From positions 1 to 36,595 of the IMG/VR virus record IMGVR_UViG_3300043908_000639: a stretch of DNA of 36,595 nt. One strand, written 5' to 3'. The DNA comes from a virus. Lineage: Duplodnaviria; Caudoviricetes. The notes beneath the pieces were generated by a model that saw only the letters and a list, made by a program, of their open reading frames with translations, had not been told where the DNA came from and ran no database searches. Made by a program: the position numbers and the translations under genes. Shown here piece after piece: positions 23,934 through 35,200 of this stretch (position 1 is the stretch's first letter; every line of letters starts with the position of its first letter).

Positions 23934-25259
23934 ATGAAAAACATAGAAGATGTAACAATAAAGAAAATGCCATCTAATATAGAAGCAGAAGAAGCAATGC
24001 TTGGATGTGTTCTATTGGGAGGCGATGTAGAAATGGAAATAGCAGAAGCTTGGATACGAGAAGATGATGCATTCTATTCAACTAAATGTATGCAAGTGTT
24101 TCAATGTATGAAAGACTTATACAAGAATAGAGTTCCGATTGATACGATTACACTATCTGATAAACTACAAGATACTTTTGGAGAGAAAGATAGTCTTTTT
24201 ATCCTTGATTTACAAGACAAATCAGTTAGTAAAACAAAAGTAGAATACTATGCAAGGATTGTATGGGAAAGATACATACAAAGAGAAACAGCTAAGTCTG
24301 CTCAAGATTTACTTAATGCAAGTTTTGAGAACTTCAAAGAAGTTGGAAAGATTCTTGAGAAACATAGCAAACTAATACACGAACTAAGACAGATACAACC
24401 TTCTAAATCAAGAGAAATATCTGACATTGTTGATGAAACAAATCGTGCATTGCAAGAAGAGTCTTCTACTATCAACTTTGGTTTAGGTAGATTGGATAAC
24501 TTTGCAGGCGGAATGACTCGGAAAGAAATTACTGTACTTGGTGGTAGACCAGGTCATGGTAAAACTACTTTGATGCTAAACATTGTACGAGGTTTGATTG
24601 AACAAGGATACAATGTAATGCTATTCAATCGTGAAATGAGTAATGTTGAAACAATGAAAAAGTTGTATGTTATGGAATCAGCAGACCTTACTTATACAAT
24701 GATACGTTCTGGCATTAAAGATGAGTCAAAACTAAAATCTCTTAGCAGTATATCAGAATATGTCAAGGATAAGTATGCAAATCTTACAGCATTCGATGAT
24801 GTGAGAACACTAGACGACTGTATGAGGGAGATTAGTAAAGGCAAACCAGACGTAATCGTAGATGATTACATTCAATTGATTGATGTAGATGGTAAGCATA
24901 GAGATAGAAGATTCGAGATTGAAAAGATATTGCAAGATTACAAATGGGCAGTAAAACAAAACAATTGTTCTGCAATACTTGTCTCACAACTTAATCGTGA
25001 TATTGAAAAAAGATTTGACCCTAGACCTAGAATGAGTGATTATGCTGAGTCTGGTGTTATTGAACAAACTGCTGAATCAGCAATGTTTGTATTCTATGGA
25101 TACAACTTTGACAGCGAACGATACAACAAGTATAAGACAGAAGTTATCGTAGCTAAGAGTAGGTATGGTGAGATTGGTACTTATCCTATGGGATTCAATG
25201 GTAATAAATGTAAATTCTACAACGATTACAAAGAGGCAGAAAAAGATACAATTACATAA
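23934..25259 (+). CDS. dnaB: Replicative DNA helicase
   Basis: PSNIEAEEAMLG N-domain, Walker A GRPGHGKT, EMS, VDDYIQL, SQLNR, RP.MSD..ESG.IEQ, AKSRYG. Confidence 0.93.
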   Translation: MKNIEDVTIKKMPSNIEAEEAMLGCVLLGGDVEMEIAEAWIREDDAFYSTKCMQVFQCMKDLYKNRVPIDTITLSDKLQDTFGEKDSLFILDLQDKSVSKTKVEYYARIVWERYIQRETAKSAQDLLNASFENFKEVGKILEKHSKLIHELRQIQPSKSREISDIVDETNRALQEESSTINFGLGRLDNFAGGMTRKEITVLGGRPGHGKTTLMLNIVRGLIEQGYNVMLFNREMSNVETMKKLYVMESADLTYTMIRSGIKDESKLKSLSSISEYVKDKYANLTAFDDVRTLDDCMREISKGKPDVIVDDYIQLIDVDGKHRDRRFEIEKILQDYKWAVKQNNCSAILVSQLNRDIEKRFDPRPRMSDYAESGVIEQTAESAMFVFYGYNFDSERYNKYKTEVIVAKSRYGEIGTYPMGFNGNKCKFYNDYKEAEKDTIT

Positions 25260-25557
25260 GAGTTGTTATGGGTGTTACTACGAATATGATGAGAACTGTT
25301 ATTGGTTCAAACTTATTGGTGGTAGCACCCAGAAAAAAATACCAGAAGATATACTAAATAAAGGATGCTCAAAGTACGAGAACAATGCATCTATAAGCAA
25401 TCAATCTGGAGACGAGTTAACAACTAAACTTATAAATGTATTTAATGGAGAAATTGTAGGTAAAAAATATAAACCCCCTACAAGAACATATAAACCATAT
25501 AAGAAAAAGTATGTAAAAAGTGCGCATAACTATTCTTATAGAAAGGATGCACAATGA
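25165..25557 (+). CDS. Cys-rich hypothetical protein (true start probably near 25250)
   Basis: SCYGC...C...C; fills the gap between dnaB and the next gene; ATGA-coupled to the downstream ORF. Confidence 0.55.
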   Translation: MVRLVLILWDSMVINVNSTTITKRQKKIQLHKSCYGCYYEYDENCYWFKLIGGSTQKKIPEDILNKGCSKYENNASISNQSGDELTTKLINVFNGEIVGKKYKPPTRTYKPYKKKYVKSAHNYSYRKDAQ

Positions 25558-25817
25558 AAAAAATAAAAGTTACGTTAGAAATGGTATCATATTGGGTAGG
25601 AGCAAATCCATACGAATCATCTAAAATAATAAAAGAAATTGCTAATAGCAAATTTGAATCAGAACCGTGGACACCTAATATATTACATAATGATATAATA
25701 GAAACTTGGAATGAAAATGAGGATAAAGAACCTAGTCCATTTAAAAGAGCATTACGCTCACCATTAGCAGAAAAAAATATGGAAGAAGTTTCTAAAAATT
25801 GGAGAAATAATAAATGA
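25554..25817 (+). CDS. Hypothetical protein
   Basis: 87 aa; AAGGA RBS; ATGA overlaps on both sides. Confidence 0.7.
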   Translation: MKKIKVTLEMVSYWVGANPYESSKIIKEIANSKFESEPWTPNILHNDIIETWNENEDKEPSPFKRALRSPLAEKNMEEVSKNWRNNK

Positions 25818-26293
25818 AAACAATAATAGGAATAGACCCCGGTGCTAGTGGAGCTATAAGTTTTACTAATACTGAAGAAAAAAAAATTCATTACTATAAA
25901 TGCCATGAAAGAATATCTGGTAGAAGATTGACTGTTTCTACAGCTTTGAATGCATATAGAAGTAAAGAAGCAATAGCATATATAGAAAAGGTACATGCTA
26001 TGCCACATGATGGTAGAAGTTCTTTATTTAAGTTCGGAGTAAACTATGGAGCATGGTTGGGAATACTCAATTCAATAAAAGGAATAACTAAAATAGTAGA
26101 AGTATCACCACAAAAATGGATGAAATTTTGGGAAGAACAAAATAATTTTAAACTTCCTAAAGAAAAGAAAGATAGAAAAAATGCATTAAAAGATATTGCT
26201 TCTATATTCATCCAACCAGAAAAAGCAACTCTATGGAGTGCTGATAGTATTTTAATAACGATGTACGGAAGACATCAAGAAAAAGGAGAGTAA
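25814..26293 (+). CDS. RuvC-like Holliday junction resolvase
   Basis: IIGIDPG.SGAI, AYIEKV, S.FKFG.NYG, VSPQKW, ADSILI. Confidence 0.85.
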   Translation: MKTIIGIDPGASGAISFTNTEEKKIHYYKCHERISGRRLTVSTALNAYRSKEAIAYIEKVHAMPHDGRSSLFKFGVNYGAWLGILNSIKGITKIVEVSPQKWMKFWEEQNNFKLPKEKKDRKNALKDIASIFIQPEKATLWSADSILITMYGRHQEKGE

Positions 26294-26294
26294 A

Positions 26295-26336
26295 ATGGAA
26301 AACAAAGATAGTATAGATATGTGGATTAAAACTTGA
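26295..26336 (+). CDS. 13-aa mini-ORF or truncated gene
   Basis: Strong AAGGAG RBS, then MENKDSIDMWIKT-TGA. Confidence 0.3.
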   Translation: MENKDSIDMWIKT

Positions 26337-26355
26337 TCCTTTGCTGACTGGGAAT

Positions 26356-26382
26356 GAGGGGGTAGGTTTTACCTACCTCTTC
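26356..26382 (+). terminator. Hairpin at the convergence of the two arms (possibly a bidirectional terminator)
   Basis: GAGGGGGTAGG-TTTTA-CCTACCTCTTC; 11 bp with G-U pairs; overlaps the stop codon of the 957-aa gene. Confidence 0.55.
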
Positions 26383-29242
26383 GTTCTAATTCTTTTAATG
26401 AATTTTGTATTTCTATTGGTAATCCAGTGTATCTTTTTTTCTTTGATTTACTTTTTCTTTCCAATCTATCAAAGTAATATGTAGGAAATGCTTCTTTGGT
26501 TGTAGGTTCTATAATATCTCTATATATAGTTCTTTCATCTTTTTTCTTAGGATAAAGTGTAAGTTCTTGCATAGCAGCTGCGCCAAGACCATAAGGAGTC
26601 TTAGCAGTCATAGGAATATATCTATCGTATGTTCTGCCACCCATTTGATTCAATAATCTAGCATATCTTCCATAGGTTTCCATAGTATCATCATTTGCAA
26701 AATCACCAGCAGTAAATAATATGTTATCTAAATACTCACTATCAGCATTTATTAGTTCCATCATTATTCCTATATCTAACATAGTTCCAAATGTAGGACC
26801 TAGTTTAGAACCTACTATTCCTTTTCCGTAAAACTTTCTATTTATTTTCTCTATAGCATCTGGGTCATCATAGTCTGATGTAAACAATAACCATAAATCA
26901 TCCATTAATTCTTTACCTGTGTGTTCAATTAATGTTTGATTGTAACCAGAAACATAACTTATTAACAATGGAGCCATGAAATACGCAACAGATACATTCA
27001 TTGCTTTATGTACACCTCTAGCATCTTTAGCCCAATTAGAAAAACTATCCTCACCTCTTACAACATTCTGCATAAATGCTCTTCTATCCCCTTGAGCTTC
27101 TTTCCATATAGACCAATTTCTTTCTAAAAACTCCATACCATAATGTTGAAACTGAAACAAAAATTGACCTACGCCTTCTCTCATGTTTCTTGCTTTTGCA
27201 TATCCTTCATAATCAAAGTGATTAAGAATAACCATATTCTTAGCATAATTTTTAGTAATACTTCTTCTTAAACTTTGTATTGTAATTTTTGAATCTGGAT
27301 TTTTTTCTTTTTCAGCTCTTACTTTACTTTCTAAATATTGTTGAAACTTAGTATTGCCATCCATTACTTTTTGTATCTGAGCAAATGCAATTTCAGCAGT
27401 TAATTTTCTGTTAGCATTCTCAACACCCCTATGAAGACCAGCGCTTAAATTAGCAATCTGTCCCATTTTAGTAGCAAATATCTTAGAACCTTTATATAAA
27501 AAACTTTCCTCATCTGCATAAACTATCTTACCATTTTCATCCATTCTTCTTATTCTATTAAAAGATGCTGATTTACTTCTTACTCCAGATTCTATAAGAG
27601 CTTCTGATGTATCCATAAAAAGATTTTCTTTTTTCATAAAATCATCTAGGTCTCCACCAAATATTTCTGTAGCTCTTTTTTCATTTAAATACTTTCTTGA
27701 TTCTCTAACTGCTGAATAACCAAATGTTGCAAAGTTCATTAAATACTGAGTAGCGTTTCTAGCTGCAGAACGTACGCTGAAACCTAACTTATTAGTAAAT
27801 TGATATGAGAGTAAGGCCTTTTTTATTTCGTGCATTGAACCAGTATTTTTTACTGTCCCATTAACAGAGCCATAAAGACTATTTATTATATCAACAATCT
27901 TACCTGCGTATTGAGATTCTTTAGTGTACATTGACTTTGCTTCATTTAAAGAATCAATCATTCCACTTTTAACAAATACTTGAGTATTAAATTTATTAAC
28001 ATCATTGATATATGTATTTATTACATCAATAAAATTCATACTATATTCATTGTATCCATCTCTTTGTCTTGATTTTCCATAATCTGGTATTGCTATATTA
28101 ATGCTTTTAATAATTTCATCTATAGACCTACTATTATGTTTCATATCTATTAATGATGTATCTAATTCATCAAAGTGTTTCATCATTCCATCCATCATTT
28201 TAGCATTTAGTTGTTTTGTAAAATGTGGAAAATATCCTTCTGAATATCTAGGCATTAATCGTGAACGTAAGTTTTCTTTTAAAGCATTTAAATTATCTAT
28301 AGTAAGTTTAAAACCTTTTCTATTTTCTATTTGCTTAATGGTAACATTTATTTTCTCTTCAATACCTGCTCTTAAAACCCTGTATGAATCCTCCATTAAA
28401 GAATTGTATTTTATTAATGGACTGATTATGTCGTCTGAAACCCCTAACTGTTGTAAATATTTTCTAGATTCAGAATCAGTTAATCTTACAAGTTTCTTAC
28501 CACTATCATATTGTTTAACTCTTTCAATTGCTTCTTTGTTTCCATCTTCTGCTAATGTTTTTTCTGCTTGGTATTTAATATTTATAGCTTTCGGCATCTT
28601 ATCTTCTACTACTTTAATAAAATCAACAAAAGTTTTAACAGAACCTTTGCTTTCAAAGTCTTGCAATAATTTTTTTGCTTCATTTTGTTCTGTTTCTGTT
28701 CCACTATCTAATGCTTTTATATAATCTATTTCTAGTTGTCTGTGTTTTTTTAATGCAGAATTAAGTTTTGATGTACTAAAAGCACCTGTCAATCCACCAG
28801 CAGCTCTTAATTCATCTACTACTTCTTTAAATTTTTGGTTAGTATTATTTCTTCTTTTATTATCACTATCTACTACCTTTCTAAGATTTTTTAAACTTTC
28901 TGCCAATACTGGGTCTCGCTTACCTAAAACTGTTCCAACCATAAATCCTTCAGTAGTTTCAAATTGTGTAAATTTTCCACTATCAACTCTTTGAGCATAT
29001 TTATTTAAGTCTCTTATAAAAGAATTAATATTACCACTAGTTAAGAATGCTCCACCTTGCTCTGGACTTAACAACATAGCGTATTCCATTTCTATATTAA
29101 ATCTTGACTCGAACATTGACATAGCTGCTTGGTAAGGAGATTGTATATTACGAGCAACCATATCTGTATTTGCCCATTTTTTTATACCATCTAATAATGT
29201 TAATGCTTTTTTATTATAAGTTTTATTGCAATCTACTTGCAT
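26369..29242 (-). CDS. Large alpha-helical protein, probable internal virion/DNA-ejection protein
   Basis: 957 aa, overlapping the end of the RNAP gene; YFPH, KLGFSVRSAARNATQ and FLFQFQHY motifs recall phage ejection/polyvalent proteins. Confidence 0.6.
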   Translation of the reverse strand: MQVDCNKTYNKKALTLLDGIKKWANTDMVARNIQSPYQAAMSMFESRFNIEMEYAMLLSPEQGGAFLTSGNINSFIRDLNKYAQRVDSGKFTQFETTEGFMVGTVLGKRDPVLAESLKNLRKVVDSDNKRRNNTNQKFKEVVDELRAAGGLTGAFSTSKLNSALKKHRQLEIDYIKALDSGTETEQNEAKKLLQDFESKGSVKTFVDFIKVVEDKMPKAINIKYQAEKTLAEDGNKEAIERVKQYDSGKKLVRLTDSESRKYLQQLGVSDDIISPLIKYNSLMEDSYRVLRAGIEEKINVTIKQIENRKGFKLTIDNLNALKENLRSRLMPRYSEGYFPHFTKQLNAKMMDGMMKHFDELDTSLIDMKHNSRSIDEIIKSINIAIPDYGKSRQRDGYNEYSMNFIDVINTYINDVNKFNTQVFVKSGMIDSLNEAKSMYTKESQYAGKIVDIINSLYGSVNGTVKNTGSMHEIKKALLSYQFTNKLGFSVRSAARNATQYLMNFATFGYSAVRESRKYLNEKRATEIFGGDLDDFMKKENLFMDTSEALIESGVRSKSASFNRIRRMDENGKIVYADEESFLYKGSKIFATKMGQIANLSAGLHRGVENANRKLTAEIAFAQIQKVMDGNTKFQQYLESKVRAEKEKNPDSKITIQSLRRSITKNYAKNMVILNHFDYEGYAKARNMREGVGQFLFQFQHYGMEFLERNWSIWKEAQGDRRAFMQNVVRGEDSFSNWAKDARGVHKAMNVSVAYFMAPLLISYVSGYNQTLIEHTGKELMDDLWLLFTSDYDDPDAIEKINRKFYGKGIVGSKLGPTFGTMLDIGIMMELINADSEYLDNILFTAGDFANDDTMETYGRYARLLNQMGGRTYDRYIPMTAKTPYGLGAAAMQELTLYPKKKDERTIYRDIIEPTTKEAFPTYYFDRLERKSKSKKKRYTGLPIEIQNSLKELERRGR

Positions 29243-32200
29243 TTTGCATATTCCTCCATCATTCTAAAGGCTTCATAACCAGAGTCTCTCATTGGATTTT
29301 GCCTAGCACCAGTCATTAAATTTTCATTTACTTGATTGACAGTTTTTAACATACGAATCAATGTTTTAGATGACTTAACTTGTTTTGGTTTAAACTTTAA
29401 ATATTTTAAATGAGTGTACATAGGATTATCTTTTACATGACGAGGCAATCCATTTTCATCAGCCATGGTAAATACATCTTTTTTAATCATTTCTAAAAAT
29501 GTTTCATCATTATCTAATCTAAGTTTTAAATATTTCATAGGATTTAAATAATCTTTTCTAGATGAAAATTCTTCTAAGTCATTTATTGAGTTTAAAAATT
29601 CTTTATACTCTTCTTTTGATTTATCTGGCATCGAGTTTACATAACTCATATAAAATTGAGTTACTGATTTATTCATAGTTGATAGTGGATTAGATGGCAA
29701 CATCTGAGATAACCAATCAAAATCAGAATTATCTTGTCTCATTCTATTTTCTACATTTCTACTAAAAGGCATTAATCCAAATCGTTCCATATTAGAATCT
29801 GTTAAATTCATCATAGAAATATCTTTATCAAAAAACCTTCTATAATGTTCATTTGATTCTATCATTCCTTTTAATAACCACTCACCCCAATTTTTAGATT
29901 TTTCTTGTTTAAAAGTATCGTCACCAAGTGTTAGTTTGCCATTCGCTAGTCCAACAAGAGTTTGTAATCCATGTCTGTATCTAGCACTTTCCTTATAAGG
30001 CATTGCAATTGGTCTATTATTAAATATACCTATATCATCTCTATTCCTTATAGGTTCCATATATGCATAAAGAAAATTAACTTTATGCTTCTCAACCATT
30101 CTTATCAAATAGTTTTGCCTTAATTCATAAACACTACCCATATCTCCTTTATGTTCTTCTACAAACTTAAATATTTCATTGTTTGTTATTAGAGATGTTT
30201 TGCCATATGGAAATATTTCATCAAGTAATGTATTAGAACCATAAGTCTGTTTGTTAAATTCTTTTATTGCCTTCAAGTCTGTCATTGCATTATCATCCAA
30301 TGTTTCAGTCCAACTATCATAACGAGTTCCATAATAGTTTCTTAACATTGAGTTCATTGTATTTGCATGAATAATACTTGTTTTTAAATCACTATCTTCT
30401 ATTGCTACATAATTTTTATACTTTAAATCTCTGGGATGTATTTTTCTTTTAACAGATTCTGGGTGTTTATCTCTAAGTTCATTAGTTAGTTTATTTATTA
30501 CCCAATCTATATTTGATATTTTTTTCTTTTTCCATTTCCAAGAATAGTTAGTGTTTTCTATTTGTTTCTTTTTCTTATCTAAATTTTTAATTATAGCTAC
30601 TTGTCTATTAAATCTTTGAGTATCGTTTTTTATTCCTTTTGCTATTTCATCAGACCTTTCAACAAAAGCATCCTGTTCTTGTGGTGTGTTTCCTGTAGGT
30701 TCTTCTTGGTCAAAAGGGTCTTGCAATCTTTTGTAATCTTTAAATACAGAAGGGCTAGATACTAATCTATTATACCAATTATCTATTTCTTGAAATGTTT
30801 CTATATCTAAATTGTATTGTTTTTTATTTTCTAATAAATCCCTCGTAGCTATCTGAACAGCTATTCTATCTAAATAATTACCACCATCACCTTTGGCAAC
30901 ATTTGAAACTGCATCTGCTATAGGTTGAAATCTATTATTTTCTTTTTTTATTAGGGTTTCTAAATACTCTTTATTTTTTATATCAGCTTTCTTATATGCT
31001 AAAAATCTATTTAATCCGTCATATACATCTTCATGGAAACTCTTAAATACTTTACTAGCCATATTCATATCATAAAAACTAGTTCTTCTTTTTTCACCAC
31101 CAACATATTTATAATCACCGAAAGCGTTAAGAAGTTTATTCTGTTGATTTAAAAATTCTTTTATAATCAGTTTATCTGCATCATTCAAATCTTTTGTACT
31201 TTCTTCGTATTTACCATCAACTAATTCATATTTAGAAAATATCCTTACTCTTTGACCGTTAGCAGTTCTTCCATTTTTCAATATATCTTTTAAGTCTTGA
31301 GAACTAGCATCTTTAGGAGATATTGAATCTTCTTGTTTTGGAAACAAAAAATTATCTGCCCATTCATATATATTACCTGCTATATTTTTATTTAATGCAT
31401 TTGAACCGTCAATAATATATTGAACTTCTAAAGCTGCTCTTTGATAATAAGCAAGAGATTCTGTATCAATTGTAACAACTTCTGTTGTTTTCCCATTTGC
31501 ATCAACATCAGAATTATAAAGAATCGAAGGTCCTATTAAGTTTCCCTCATCATCTTCTGTAACTATATCTTCCCATGCTTTTATTTTTCTTGTTAAATGA
31601 TTTTTATTTGCTAAGTTTTGAAGATAATTCAATTTTCTAGGAGTTTTTTGTGCTAATCCAATTGCTTTTTTAAATGCAATACTTTGTCCCATTTTTGCTA
31701 GTGTAGCTTTTCTAGAATCTTTAGCATTCATTTGAAATGTAAACGATGGGTTTTGTTGTAACTCACTAGGGTCTACTCCTTGAACATAAAATACTTGATT
31801 TCTTTTAATATAATCAAACATATAATCACTATGTGCAAAAAAGTAATCTACTTTATCAGCGTCATAATCACCTTCATACACATTAGCAATATCATAACTA
31901 TTAATCTCTACTCCCAATCCTTGTTCCTTGTCTAAAAATCCTTTTAATCCTAGTAAAGTTATATCATTAGGTCTGGTTCTTGGATTTCTTCTAGAAACTA
32001 TGCCTAGTTCATATCTTATATTTACAAGTTTAGAATATGATTCTAAAAAATCATGCACACTACCAATAGTTGCATTATTTAATATATCGTCAATACTTTC
32101 AATTGTATTATTATCAGCATCTCTTAGTGTAGTTAGATTAGCTATTTCTTGAATGTCTTCAACTGTATTTTTTATTTCGCTTTTAAAATCTTCCAAAGAT

Positions 32201-35200
32201 AACACTCTTTCATTTTGTACAATTCGTATATTTTTATCACTTGGTAATTCAGAAATGCTTGTGTTTCTTTCTTCAAAAGGCAATGCTATTTGACCCCTTA
32301 GTATCATTTTATTATTGGAATCAAACAACGTAGGAAACAATCTAGTCTTTAATCCTTTACCTAAAAATGATTTAGCGGATTGAACTAAGAAAGCTTGTCC
32401 TCCATATCTATTTGATGGCAATGCTTGTGATTTATCTTTTTCAGAATATACTCTGTTTGTTATAGACCTTCTTGTACTAAATAATGTATCTATATATTGT
32501 TGAGCTAAATATTTTTGAACTTGGCTTGAACTATAATCATATGGATTAGCTGCGTCACTTAATTGTAGATAATACATCATATTACTAAGATTAGATAACG
32601 CTCCCTGTTCTGGAGAATCTGGTATATTGTTTAGTTCTAATTGTTCCCTCATAAAATAATTCATCTTATAAGGGTCTGCCATTATGCTTTCCATTTCATT
32701 TAAATTATCAGTTAGTTCTTTTATTAATCCTTTAAATGCATCGGCATGTTCTTTTCTATTCATATAATTATAGTCGGCATCTGATTCACTTGCAGACAAA
32801 AGGTCAGCATCTTTTTCTGGTCTGAACCCTATCCCATCTAAATCTATTTCCCTTATAAATGTATTTCTATCTGTAATTCTATAATCTTTTAAATCATTCC
32901 ATTCTAATCCCTTGAGTATGCTATCTTGTTCTTGTCCATTTACTATCTTAGGGTCGTATATTTTTGCACCAGAATCGCTTAATAATATATCTACAGGGTT
33001 TTTATCAAAGAAACCATCTAATGCTGGACTATAAACAAATAATGTCTTTCCATATAATAATGTTTTACCCTCTCCTTGAGATGATATAATTGGTTTAATT
33101 GGATTCTTAGAATCTGGACTATGCCCCATCATTGTATGATATTCAGACATAGCTTCTTTAGATAAAAATCCTATACTATCAAAAGCAGATACCTTTTCAT
33201 GAGCATTCCCTACAATGTTTTTTCTATCATATCCTTCTAATTCTGGTATTTCATCTTTAAACTCATTAACAACATCGTCAACAATCTTTGCCATATTCTC
33301 TGTGCTATCATCCCATATAACAACTCTATGTTTGCCATTCTTTCCTTTTTCATTAAGTCTATCTTTTAATAGTTTAGAAACAGGGTCTCCACGAAAAACT
33401 TTTCTAGATTCAATAATAGATTGTATATAGTTTTCATTTGGTCTTATAAAATTTTTAGTAGTTACTAATTTAATTCTTTTAATATAGTTGTCTACTTGAA
33501 CTGGGTCTTTTGAATTAAGAACTTTTAATAACTCAACGTCACTTTCACTTTTTAGTGCAGTTTCAAGTATCAAATATTTTGTAGCAGTTTCAACACTTTC
33601 TTCATCGTATGAATGTTCATTCTTAGTATTATCGAATGTATCTTTTAATAATTGTATTGCTCCTTTATCTGTAATCCTATCTTTATATTCATCATAAAAT
33701 CTTGTAAAGTCATTTACAATGTTCTGCATATCTGAACGATTAATTACAATACTATCCATCCCATCATAAATATCTAATTTTATTATACCAGTTTCAGACC
33801 CAGATAATCCCTTATCATTTAGTTTTGTATCAACATTAGAAACTTCAATATTAACCTTTTGCAATTGATTAGATATTCTACTTCTAATCTTTTTTATGTT
33901 TTTTATCTCTAAAGGACTTAATTCTTCTGTACTTAATATATTATAAGTTCTTTCTTGTATATAATCTTTAAAATCTGTATAAACTACATTATTATCAAAA
34001 ATAGCATAATTAATTTTAAGTTTGTCTAACTTATCAAAAACTGGATTTTTTTGAAAAAATTCTCTTTCTTCTGTGGGGTCATATTTAATTGTTAAATTTC
34101 TTATAGACATAGTAGGAATATCTATTCTGTCTTTTAAACTAAAAACTATTTGAGTAATATCTTCTACAACACCACTCTTTTTCTTTTCACCTAAATCCTT
34201 AAACTCTACACCATCTAAAACTATATCTCTTTGCAAGTTATTTATAGACTGTTGATTTAAATTACCAAATTTATCCAACATATATTCTTCACTTTTAAAT
34301 CTATCTATCTTTTCACTAGCAGTTTGACCAGAATAATCTTCATATATAATAGTTCCGTCTGTTTCTTCTATTTTAAAATTATACTTTCTATAAAATTCAT
34401 CTATGCTAATTGAAGGATTTTTGTTTTCATCAAAAGCTTCTTTAACATACCTTCTATCAATTCTTTGTCTGCTTTCTATTTCTCTTTGTAAAAACTCATC
34501 TGTATATCCAGTTTGAATTAATTTATTATTAATAGGTTCTAAAGCTTCAGTAAGAGTTGTGATTGCTTCTCTTCCCTCAGTTTCATCTAATATTTTTTCT
34601 ATTGTAAATCTCTTATCAATTTCTAAGTTATTTTCTACATTTCTTTTTACTATACCTTGAGTTCTTAACATTGCCATTAAATCATTTCTAGCTCTATCTC
34701 CAAGAGTCTGCATATATTCTAACATTCTTGTTTTAACACTTTCTAGCGGTGTATTACTCATAACTTCAAATAATTCACTCAATACTACATTTTTATCTTT
34801 TGAATCTGCAGTATATATATCAATCATTCTCATTTTTAATTGTTCAGCTTGATTCCTATTTAATGTTCTTCTTTTTGCTTCGACTATTTTTACAAAACCT
34901 TCTGTTTCTTCATTTAATCTTACTAGTATATCTTTATTGTATTGGATTTCTAAATCGGGGTCTGAGGGTATATTTAATTCATATAGTCTAAATCCACTAA
35001 CACCTTCATCTGATAAAAGTTTGTTATCGCTAAACATTGCACTTCTTGATTGAGATATTAAAAATTGTATATCTTCTACATTAGTCACTTTGTTTTCCAT
35101 TCTTCTTCTGTTAATGTCAGATAATGTCATTTGATATAAAAACTTTTGAGATGAACTATTGAATTTGTCTATATTTACATTATTATCATTTAATATAAAC

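Noticed and set aside
11350-25259. Inteins or introns in terL and dnaB
   Set aside because: Both have normal lengths (522 and 441 aa) with contiguous motifs.
15580-34991. Overlapping or antisense ORFs such as 15580-15840, 16237-16428, 16560-16745, 21245-21637, 21426-21653, 25478-26008 and 28101-28724
   Set aside because: They overlap better-supported genes or RNA structures and lack an RBS or motifs.
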